Source: Aciduliprofundum boonei T469
GTDB lineage: Archaea > Thermoplasmatota > Thermoplasmata > Thermoplasmatales > Aciduliprofundaceae
Reading direction: 5' to 3'
Length of the DNA stretch: 32,000 bases
Assembly: GCF_000025665.1 (NCBI RefSeq)
Contig: NC_013926.1
Span: 1,380,001-1,412,000, forward strand
Within the stretch, counting starts at the first letter, position 1. The number at the start of each line of letters is the position of its first letter. This document shows positions 24,893 to 32,000 of the stretch, piece by piece. The translations under genes were made by a program, and so were the position numbers. The notes beneath the pieces are model-generated. The model was given only the letters and a program-made list of their open reading frames with translations, had not been told where the DNA came from and ran no database searches.

Positions 24893-26152
24893 TCACAGAT
24901 ACTCACGGGGATCTGCTATCTTGCCTTCTATCGCAGTCGCTGCTGCAGTTGCTGGCGAGCCAAGGTATATTTCTGCATTAGGATTACCCATTCTTCCCTT
25001 AAAGTTTCTATTTTGGGTGCTCAGAACCCTCTCTCCATCCGCTAGCACGCCTTTATGTATGCCCACACAAGGCCCGCATCCGGGAGACTCTATTGCTGCA
25101 CCTGCCTCTACAAATTTCTCAAGCAAGCCCTCCTTCAATGCCTGAATGTACACTCTGCGAGATGCAGGTATCACAATCAAACGAGTTTTCTTATTTACTT
25201 TATTTCCATCGAGAATCTTGGCAGCAACACGCAAATCCTCTATGCGTCCGTTTGTGCAAGTTCCAATATAAACCTGATCAATACGAATATTCATCTTCTT
25301 TGCCTCACTTATAGTGCGAGTGTTATCCACAGTATGAGGAAACGAAACTGTTGGCTCTAGCTCATCCACATTAAATTCGTATTCTTTTTCAAACCATGCA
25401 TCATCATCGCTCTTTATCTCCCGATACTTCTCTCCTCTTCCCATCTCCTCTAGGTATTTTTTTGTGGTTGCATCTGGGGCAATCATACCCGTTTTGCCTC
25501 CTGCTTCTATCGCCATATTGGTTATAGTGAATCTGGATTCCATGCTCATCTTATCAATTGTAGGCCCGTAGAACTCCATAGATTTGTATGTGGCTCCATC
25601 AGCCCCTATGGTCCCAATTATATGGAGAATCAAATCCTTTGAATACACGCCCTTTGGAAATTTTCCCTCTATGTAGAAGCGATGTGTCTCCGGAACTCTT
25701 AACCAAACCTTGCCCAAAGCGAAAGCTATAGCGACATCTGTGCTTCCCATTCCTGTCGCAAATGCACCCAGTGCACCAGATGTACAGGTATGTGAGTCCG
25801 CCCCTACAATCAATTGGCCAGGAGAGGCCCATGACTCCACAAGGCGCTGATGGCAAACTCCTTCACCCACATCTGAAAGATAAGCCCCTGTTTTCTCGGA
25901 GAATTCTCTCAAGATTTTATGGGCATTGCTAAGTTCTTTTCGGGGAGATGGTGTAGCATGGTCAAGAAACAGTACTGTATTCTTTTTGTCAAACACTTGA
26001 ACAAGCCCCATATCTTCAAGAACCTGAACGCTCAGAGGCCCAGTACCATCCTGCACCATGGCAACATCTACCTTCGCCACTACGATATCTCCCGCTTTAA
26101 CATCCTTTCCCGCATGCTCACCTATGATTTTCTCAGCCATAGTTTTTCCCAA
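24893..26152 (-). CDS. Aconitase-superfamily large subunit (LeuC/HacA type)
   Basis: The N-terminus is [12 protein letters not shown]. Fe-S ligand regions are [29 protein letters not shown] and PGCGPCVG. The likely start is the TTG at 26152, 6 nt after GGAGGT (26159-26164). An alternative ATG is at 26140, and the listed 26191 start looks over-extended. Confidence 0.88.
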   Translation of the reverse strand: MGKTMAEKIIGEHAGKDVKAGDIVVAKVDVAMVQDGTGPLSVQVLEDMGLVQVFDKKNTVLFLDHATPSPRKELSNAHKILREFSEKTGAYLSDVGEGVCHQRLVESWASPGQLIVGADSHTCTSGALGAFATGMGSTDVAIAFALGKVWLRVPETHRFYIEGKFPKGVYSKDLILHIIGTIGADGATYKSMEFYGPTIDKMSMESRFTITNMAIEAGGKTGMIAPDATTKKYLEEMGRGEKYREIKSDDDAWFEKEYEFNVDELEPTVSFPHTVDNTRTISEAKKMNIRIDQVYIGTCTNGRIEDLRVAAKILDGNKVNKKTRLIVIPASRRVYIQALKEGLLEKFVEAGAAIESPGCGPCVGIHKGVLADGERVLSTQNRNFKGRMGNPNAEIYLGSPATAAATAIEGKIADPREYL

Positions 26153-26156
26153 ATTT

Positions 26157-27314
26157 TCACCTCCTTTTCTCCAGTTGCACATACTCCACATAATCAGGAC
26201 CTATATAATATGCCCTAGGTCTGAATATTCTGTTATTGGCAGTGTATTCACACACATGCGCAGCCCAGCCTACCGAACGGGCCATTGCAAAAACAGGGGT
26301 AAATAAATCACGTGGTATACCCAAGAACTGATAAACTATACCAGAATAGAAGTCCACATTGGGAAATATTCCTTTCTTTCCAAGCTCACGGATCATTATA
26401 TTCTCAATTCTCTCACCTATCTCTATGTATTTTCTGTCATTGTATTTATCCGAGAGGTACTCTGCGTATTCCTTGAGAATCTTAGCTCTGGGATCGTATG
26501 TCTTGTAAACACGATGTCCAAATCCCATAATACGGCGCTTCTCTTTCAAAGCGTTTAGAACATACTCTTCTGCTTTGTCAGGAGAGCCTATTTCATCTAA
26601 CATCTTTAAAACGCGCTCATTAGCGCCACCATGTAAAGGACCCTTGAGCGCACCAATGGCGGAGAGGAGCGCAGAATTTATATCTGAAAGCGTTGAGGCA
26701 GTTACCATTGCTGCGAAAGTTGATGCGTTTAATCCATGCTCTGCATGCAATATGAGCGCAATATCAAATATTCTTGCCTCTTCCTCATCCGGTTTCTTGC
26801 CATGAAGCATATATAGGAAATTAGCAGCATGGCTCAATTCGGGATCAGGAGGTATAACTTCCTGTCCTGTACGAGCGCGATGATAATAGGCAATCATTGT
26901 TGGCAGCTGAGCTATAATTCTTATTACTTTTCGCATAACTCCTTCACGGCAGCACTTTTGTCTATCGGGGTCGTAAAGGGCCGAGTGAGCTAGTGCAACC
27001 TTCAAGATATCCATAGGATGCGGATTAGGAGGTAATTCAACAATGCATTCTTCAACTTTCTTAGGGATAACTCTAAGCTCTCTCATTTGCGCGGAGAACT
27101 TTTCTAACGCCTCCTTTGTTGGCAACTCCCCATACAAAAGCAAATAAGCAGTTTCTTCGTAGGTGGAATATTTTGCTAGCATTTCAATAGGGATACCACG
27201 ATAAATGAGCTTTCCATTCTTACCATCTATAGCACTGATTGATGATAATGCAGCTATAACACCTTCCAATCCCTTGGAATACTCTATTGGACCTTTTTCT
27301 TTCAAAACTCCCAT
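26157..27314 (-). CDS. gltA: Citrate synthase (type I archaeal/Gram-positive-like, possibly 2-methylcitrate synthase)
   Basis: YSKGLEGV, LHAEHGLNAST (His), GPLHGGANE and GFGHRVYKTYDPRA (His) are all present. I prefer the ATG at 27314, preceded by AGGAG with 8-nt spacing, which gives 385 aa. The listed GTG at 27353 is an alternative. Confidence 0.9.
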   Translation of the reverse strand: MGVLKEKGPIEYSKGLEGVIAALSSISAIDGKNGKLIYRGIPIEMLAKYSTYEETAYLLLYGELPTKEALEKFSAQMRELRVIPKKVEECIVELPPNPHPMDILKVALAHSALYDPDRQKCCREGVMRKVIRIIAQLPTMIAYYHRARTGQEVIPPDPELSHAANFLYMLHGKKPDEEEARIFDIALILHAEHGLNASTFAAMVTASTLSDINSALLSAIGALKGPLHGGANERVLKMLDEIGSPDKAEEYVLNALKEKRRIMGFGHRVYKTYDPRAKILKEYAEYLSDKYNDRKYIEIGERIENIMIRELGKKGIFPNVDFYSGIVYQFLGIPRDLFTPVFAMARSVGWAAHVCEYTANNRIFRPRAYYIGPDYVEYVQLEKRR

Positions 27315-27377
27315 AATATCATCTCCTACCTGCTTAAAGGTATTATTTTCCACTATTTTAGATTTTAGGTATAACTG

Positions 27378-27391
27378 AAAATATTAAATTT
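27378..27391. promoter_or_regulatory. Near-palindromic AT-rich element (AAAATATTAAATTT), candidate bidirectional TATA for gltA (minus strand) and the guanine deaminase gene (plus strand)
   Basis: It sits in the 65-105-nt divergent gap. It is about 35 nt upstream of the ATG at 27419 (SD GAGGAG at 27409-27414) and about 31 nt upstream of the GTG at 27353 on the other strand. Confidence 0.3.
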
Positions 27392-27418
27392 GGAAATGCT
27401 ATTGCTCTGAGGAGTTAG

Positions 27419-28636
27419 ATGAGGCAAGCGTATCTATCTAGGATAATCACATATTACAACGGAGAGCTTAGAGATTTCAAAGCTCATTATTTAATAGTTG
27501 AGAATGGGAAAATTATAGGAATAAGCGAGAAGAAGCAGGAGAATTTCGTGGATTATAGTGATTATGTCATTCTCCCAGGATTCGTGGATACTCATACCCA
27601 TCTTGCTCAAATAGATGCCCGGGCCAAATGGTATCCAGATTTGATAGGCTGGTTGGAAAAATATATATTCCCAGCAGAACTCAAATTTAGAGATGATGAG
27701 TATGCGAGGGATGCAGCACAAAGATTCTTTAAAGCTTTAGCAAGTAATGGAACCACAACAGCAGCCGTTTTTTCATCCCCCTTTAAAAATGCAACCAATA
27801 TAGCATTTCAGGAGGCTTCGGAAAGAGGACTAAGGATAATTATGGGACAAGTTATGATGGATATAAATGTACCAGATGAATTAAAAATCAGTGTGGAAAA
27901 GGCAGAAAAAGATACAAGAGAACTAGTAAATAAATGGCATGGCTACAATGAGTTGCTCTATTACGCAGTAACTCCGAGATTTGCAGTATCTTGCAGTATG
28001 AAGCTTATGAAAAACTTAGCAAAGATATCTAGAGAGAAAGAGCTATTCGTACAAACCCACATCTCAGAGCAGGAAAGGGAAATAGAAGAAGTGCTGAAAT
28101 TAAATCCGGATTTTAAAAATTATGCGGAAGTGTATCAGCATGCTGGATTACTAGGGCCAAAAACAATACTTGCTCACGGGGTGCATTTGAGCGAGGAAGA
28201 ATTGAAAATAATAAAAAATGAGAATAGCAGCATAGCCCATTGTCCCTCCTCAAACTTCTTCCTGCACAGTGGAATTATGAGCATAGATTCTATGAAGAGA
28301 TTTAAACTGCGGATAGGGTTTGGCTCAGATATTGCAGCAGGTCCATATTTCTCAATGTTTGAAGTTGCTAGAGATGCATCTTACTCAAATTCCATCTCTC
28401 CCGAAGAAGCTTTTTATTACCTCACCCTTGGAGGAGCAAAGAGTTTGGGCTTTGACAAAATCACTGGCTCTTTAGAGCCGGATAAATCAGCGGACTTTAT
28501 AGTTGTATCTCTGGAGAATTTTGATGATTTGAGCACGAGAGAATTGCTATCCTCACTTATCTACCTCGGAGACGATAGAAACATAGTTGCCACTTATGTG
28601 AATGGAAAAGAAGTTTATAAGAGGGAGAAAATATAA
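27419..28636 (+). CDS. guaD: Guanine deaminase (amidohydrolase superfamily)
   Basis: Matching motifs are LPGFVDTHTHLAQ, LIGWLEKYIFPAELKF, NGTTTAAVF, QTHISEQEREIEEV, LAHGVHLSEEE, AHCPSSNFFLHSG and GSDIAAGP. Confidence 0.8.
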   Translation: MRQAYLSRIITYYNGELRDFKAHYLIVENGKIIGISEKKQENFVDYSDYVILPGFVDTHTHLAQIDARAKWYPDLIGWLEKYIFPAELKFRDDEYARDAAQRFFKALASNGTTTAAVFSSPFKNATNIAFQEASERGLRIIMGQVMMDINVPDELKISVEKAEKDTRELVNKWHGYNELLYYAVTPRFAVSCSMKLMKNLAKISREKELFVQTHISEQEREIEEVLKLNPDFKNYAEVYQHAGLLGPKTILAHGVHLSEEELKIIKNENSSIAHCPSSNFFLHSGIMSIDSMKRFKLRIGFGSDIAAGPYFSMFEVARDASYSNSISPEEAFYYLTLGGAKSLGFDKITGSLEPDKSADFIVVSLENFDDLSTRELLSSLIYLGDDRNIVATYVNGKEVYKREKI

Positions 28637-28640
28637 TAAA
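28627..28640 (+). promoter_or_regulatory. Candidate TATA box (AAAATATAATAAAC) for tRNA-Cys, overlapping the guaD stop codon
   Basis: It is centred about 30 nt upstream of tRNA position +1 (28663). The guaD TAA (28634-28636) lies inside the element. Confidence 0.35.
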
Positions 28641-28662
28641 CAAGAACTCTATGCAAGGTTGC

Positions 28663-28734
28663 GGGCAGGTGGCAGAGAGGTTATGCGCGGGACTGCAGAT
28701 CCCGTTTACTCGGGTTCGAATCCCGACCTGCCCT
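28663..28734 (+). tRNA. tRNA-Cys: tRNA-Cys (anticodon GCA)
   Basis: I folded the cloverleaf by hand. The acceptor stem is GGGCAGG/CCTGCCC. The D arm is GCAG-AGAGGTT-ATGC with a 13:22 G-A pair. The anticodon stem is CGGGA/TCCCG with loop CT-GCA-GA. The variable loop is 5 nt. The T arm is TCGGG-TTCGAAT-CCCGA. The discriminator is U73, which is the CysRS identity element. There is no encoded CCA and no intron. Confidence 0.88.
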
Positions 28735-31554
28735 TTACTCAATGTATATAGCAGGCTTCAACGGTAATGCAAATCTTCTCTTATTCTTTGGATCATAAGC
28801 GGAATCTATTATCACTGATGCTCCAAGGATTCTCTCTATCTCTGATTTTTCTCTTTCTAACAAAGCACTTTCATCAATCTCCACGAATTTAATTTTCTCC
28901 TTTAACAATCTCTTTACGAAATCAACTGTAGTCTTATCCTTTCTAATTTTCATCGCTTCCTTTATCGCTTCCTTCGGCGATACATCTTTTATGGCACGGA
29001 AAACATCCCATTTCCATGGCTCTGCAGTGTATATGTAAATTTTATGCGGCTTAATTCTTGCAATCTTTATTATCTCTTCAATATCGGATATCACGGAATC
29101 AAGATAGTCCTTCTCCGCTTCAATCTCCTCGTTAATATATTCTTCCATTATCTTGGGTAAATTCTCTAGGGATATGTAGGTACTATGGCCTATCTTATGC
29201 CAATACTCTTCGCATATGTGGGGTATTACAGGAGAGAGAATTAAAAGCCATTCGTCCATTATATTTCTTATTATTCTCTTCCTTCTCTCTGCGCCAACGA
29301 ATTTTTCGTACTCTTTTACATCGTTCATAAAATGAAAGAGCATGTTGATCATAGCATCCCTTATTCTGAAACTATCAAATAGGGCAACACTTTCTTTCAA
29401 TCTTCTGTAAAATTTTGAAAGGAGCCATTTATCGTACCAGTCATACTCTTTCAAAGGCACTGCTTCAACGCTTTCTTCTAAAATATTCACAAACTGCACA
29501 AATCTCCTGCGCAAGGATGCAATTTCGCTCTCTCTCCAGTCAACAACACTATCTAAATCGGCATTTACAGCGCAGTAAAGACGGAACAAATCCACTCCGT
29601 ATTTATCTGCTACATGAGCCAATGGTATAACATTTCCCTTGCTCTTGGATATTTTAGCACCTTCACGAATCATCAGGCCGTTGAGAGTTATAGATTTAGG
29701 CCAATTTTCTTCTGGAAATATGGCAGCATGGTGCATAATGAAAAAGGCAAGATGATTGCTTAGATGCGGTGGTGCTGTGTGCCGCTCATCGTTTGGATAC
29801 CAGTAAGAAAACTCACTATGCATCTCTTCAATTACATCCTCTCTTATTCCTGTTAACTTTGCAACATCTGAGACATTGCCTTTCCCAAGAAATACATAGT
29901 CAAAAAACTCTTCTTTCAACTGCTCTGCCTTTATATTCTCTCTCCTAATTATGTGTGCTATAGTGTACATTGCCATATAAATTGTGGAATCACTCAAGCT
30001 CTCAATGATCCACTCTTTATTCCAAGGAAATCTCGTGCCAAGGCCTCTCTTCCTCGCGCAGGGTCTTTTTTCCAGCCAGTCAATTATGCCATGCATTATT
30101 CCCTTGTATTTTGTAGGATAGAAAAGCATATTATCCACAAGCTTATGTCCAAGCTCTTTCCACCAAGATGGTGTGTAATCTATAAACCACTGCTCTTGCA
30201 AAACCGCAACTATAACCTTATGCCCATTTCTAGTAACAGCTTTACGGGATGTCTCATAGAAAACATCCGCTTTACCCAAACCTTTAAGCCAATTCTTCAC
30301 CTCATCTTTTATCTCGTTTATTTTTATACCTGCAAACTGCTTACATCTCTCGTTCAAAACTCCTGAATAGAATTCGTCCTTGTAAATTATCTGAGTTGCC
30401 TCTTCTAATCTTGAGTCATTCTGATCTTTTATTCTCATTCTCTCACAGATATCCTTAGCAGGGAGTATATAACCTTGAATATCAATTATTTTTATGGGCT
30501 CGATCTCCACATCTTTTTTGCTCAATCCAAATCTCCCAAGATATCCTTCATTTTTCTGCAAATCCACAAGTGCCTGGTAATCGTAGGGTGCATGGGCAGG
30601 CACAGAATAAACTACCCCTGTTGCATTATCTGGATCAACAAATTCTGCTGGTAAAACTGGAATTTTTCTTCCTCCCACAGGCTCTCTCACATACTTTCCT
30701 ATAAATCTCTCACCTGTGAAGCATTCTTCAACTACAACATCCTCCTTTTGATATTTCAACTTCTCTGAAGCTTCCTTTGAAATATACCAAATCTCATCCC
30801 CAACTTTAACTTTGCAATATGTGGAATTTGGATTTAACCACAGATTTGTTACACCGAATATGGTCTCAGGCCTCAAAGTAGCTGCAACTAAATAACCATC
30901 CTCAAACTGAAATTTTATGGCTGTGAATTCCATTATAGATACTTTATTTGTATCACCATCCTCTATATCATCCTCACCTACAGGATTGCCATCCTCTATG
31001 CTATATGTTATCGGGTATTTTCCCTTTTTTATTACTCCCTTATCGTACAATTTCTTGAACTGCCATTCTACAAATTTATTGTAAATTGGCTCTGCAGTAT
31101 GAAATTTTCTGCGCCAGTCAATGCTATAGCCCATCCCGATAAAATCCTGCTGGGTCTTTTCTGCGAAATACCTTGCTATATTCTCTGGCTCCACAAAAGA
31201 ACTTACAATTTCTTCCACTCTATCCTCATCATCCTCGTAGATTCGCACATATTCCTTGTATAGATTTATGACTTTTTCATCCCCCGCTTTTATGGCATCT
31301 GCTATTGCAAGAACAGGAGTGCCGGTGACATGAAAAGCCATGGGAAATAAGACATTGTAGCCTTGCAATCTCTTAAAACGGGCTATTATATCACCCATTG
31401 TGAATGTTCTACCATGCCCAATGTGCAAAGAGCCAGACATGTAAGGATAGGGCACGGTTATGAAAAATTTCTTCTTATTCTCAACTTTCGGCTCAAAGAT
31501 CTTGTCATTCTGCCATTTTCTCTGCCATTTACGCTCTATAGCTGCAAAATCCAT
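28735..31554 (-). CDS. leuS: Leucine--tRNA ligase, archaeal type
   Basis: 939 aa. The HIGH motif is present (PYMSGSLHIGHGRT), as is KMSKS (KISKSKGN). A CP1 editing insertion and the archaeal C-terminal domain are present. Confidence 0.97.
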   Translation of the reverse strand: MDFAAIERKWQRKWQNDKIFEPKVENKKKFFITVPYPYMSGSLHIGHGRTFTMGDIIARFKRLQGYNVLFPMAFHVTGTPVLAIADAIKAGDEKVINLYKEYVRIYEDDEDRVEEIVSSFVEPENIARYFAEKTQQDFIGMGYSIDWRRKFHTAEPIYNKFVEWQFKKLYDKGVIKKGKYPITYSIEDGNPVGEDDIEDGDTNKVSIMEFTAIKFQFEDGYLVAATLRPETIFGVTNLWLNPNSTYCKVKVGDEIWYISKEASEKLKYQKEDVVVEECFTGERFIGKYVREPVGGRKIPVLPAEFVDPDNATGVVYSVPAHAPYDYQALVDLQKNEGYLGRFGLSKKDVEIEPIKIIDIQGYILPAKDICERMRIKDQNDSRLEEATQIIYKDEFYSGVLNERCKQFAGIKINEIKDEVKNWLKGLGKADVFYETSRKAVTRNGHKVIVAVLQEQWFIDYTPSWWKELGHKLVDNMLFYPTKYKGIMHGIIDWLEKRPCARKRGLGTRFPWNKEWIIESLSDSTIYMAMYTIAHIIRRENIKAEQLKEEFFDYVFLGKGNVSDVAKLTGIREDVIEEMHSEFSYWYPNDERHTAPPHLSNHLAFFIMHHAAIFPEENWPKSITLNGLMIREGAKISKSKGNVIPLAHVADKYGVDLFRLYCAVNADLDSVVDWRESEIASLRRRFVQFVNILEESVEAVPLKEYDWYDKWLLSKFYRRLKESVALFDSFRIRDAMINMLFHFMNDVKEYEKFVGAERRKRIIRNIMDEWLLILSPVIPHICEEYWHKIGHSTYISLENLPKIMEEYINEEIEAEKDYLDSVISDIEEIIKIARIKPHKIYIYTAEPWKWDVFRAIKDVSPKEAIKEAMKIRKDKTTVDFVKRLLKEKIKFVEIDESALLEREKSEIERILGASVIIDSAYDPKNKRRFALPLKPAIYIE

Positions 31555-31571
31555 AGGGCTTAATGTGAATT

Positions 31572-31586
31572 CTTAAATAAATATTT
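31572..31586 (-). promoter_or_regulatory. Candidate TATA box for leuS (minus-strand AAATATTTATTTAAG)
   Basis: It is centred about 26 nt upstream of the leuS ATG (31554). No SD is present in the gap, so the transcript is probably leaderless. Confidence 0.35.
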
Positions 31587-31593
31587 GCGTTTT

Positions 31594-31609
31594 CAAAAAA
31601 GTAGAAAAA
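31594..31609 (-). terminator. Oligo-T tract on the minus strand (ATTTTTCTACTTTTTT) after the upstream membrane-protein gene
   Basis: T5 and T6 runs begin directly after the TAA at 31610-31612 when read on the minus strand. Confidence 0.35.
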
Positions 31610-32000
31610 TTAGGAGGGCTGTGCCTCTTCTTTCTTTTTAGGTCTAAGTTTACTTCCATAGAGCCAGAGAATTACCACTATTGCAAGCAATGCGCCTATA
31701 ACAAAGTAGTTCAATGTTACACCTGCTAGTCCAAGTACAATTAGGGCAATTCTAATCTCCCATCTTATCTTACCCTTGAACCATCCTATCAAGCCAATTG
31801 CCATAGAATACATTACCAGGATTGTCGCTAGAAGAGAATAAGTTACAGAGAGAACTGCAGTAACAGTCCATGGGCTTACAGTTATCAAGAACATCTCTGG
31901 ATGCATAAAGTAGATAAATGGTCCTATATACCCTGCTAGAGCGTATTTAACTGCATTTTTTGAAGTTTTCCAGAAATCACTACCCGCAAGAGTCGAGCCT
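31610..32000 (-). CDS. Integral membrane protein, C-terminal part (5' end lies beyond the right window edge)
   Basis: The minus-strand frame has no stop from 31907 to the window end, so the listed ATG at 31906 is probably internal. It contains three hydrophobic helices and a basic tail (KLRPKKKEEAQPS). I cannot assign a family. Confidence 0.5.
   Translation of the reverse strand, partial: GSTLAGSDFWKTSKNAVKYALAGYIGPFIYFMHPEMFLITVSPWTVTAVLSVTYSLLATILVMYSMAIGLIGWFKGKIRWEIRIALIVLGLAGVTLNYFVIGALLAIVVILWLYGSKLRPKKKEEAQPS

Noticed and set aside
24407-25360. A cluster of plus-strand ORFs (64-146 aa) opposite the aconitase-type subunit genes
   Set aside because: They are mutually overlapping shadow ORFs antisense to highly conserved genes, with no SD or promoter signals.
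22492-26152. Interpreting the LeuC/LeuD-like genes plus the dehydrogenase as a leucine biosynthesis (leuCDB) cluster
   Set aside because: No leuA/IPMS is present and the operon partner is citrate synthase. The small-subunit loop has Arg-Thr, and the dehydrogenase has the ICDH-type SxN motif and a long N-terminus. A TCA-branch role fits better, although it is unproven.
28557-28742. A 61-aa minus-strand ORF spanning the guaD 3' end and the tRNA
   Set aside because: It covers the whole tRNA-Cys gene in antisense, and the cloverleaf explains this sequence far better.
1-32000. Search for CRISPR arrays, rRNA genes, IS elements/transposases, and long direct or inverted repeats
   Set aside because: I saw no regularly spaced repeats and no transposase- or integrase-like ORFs. 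No intergenic space exceeds about 100 bp, so none could hold such elements. The only repeat noted is the 15-bp tandem duplication at 10004-10033.

Overview
This is a very tightly packed, AT-rich archaeal chromosomal window. The largest intergenic gap is about 100 bp, and many genes overlap by 4-50 bp. I call 27 protein-coding genes, two of them truncated by the window edges, plus one tRNA-Cys(GCA). I saw no rRNA, CRISPR array, IS element, integrase or prophage signature. The gene content points to a thermophilic Thermoplasmata-like euryarchaeon; Aciduliprofundum-like is my guess only. Supporting features are archaeal-type AlaRS and LeuRS, QueE, a bacterial-type class II HMG-CoA reductase, K/E/I-rich proteins, and TATA-like boxes about 25 nt upstream of many start codons. 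Most of the window is housekeeping: alaS, leuS, pyrC, thiL, queE, hmgA, guanine deaminase, and a citrate synthase / two-subunit aconitase-like / isocitrate dehydrogenase cluster. Accessory items include a 1378-aa surface sedolisin (S53) protease, an M50 site-2 protease with an Ig-like ectodomain, a MATE exporter, and the AMMECR1 and radical-SAM parts of the AmmeMemoRadiSam set. The best candidate for an undescribed system is a three-gene, translationally coupled cassette at 8955-11300. It is the only plus-strand unit inside a 12.5-kb minus-strand run. It encodes a 139-aa stand-alone protein with a CARF-like signature, a 336-aa PIN-domain nuclease with unassigned N- and C-terminal regions, and an M24 (pita-bread) homolog that has lost most metal ligands. 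All family assignments come from motif recognition by eye and need profile searches to confirm.
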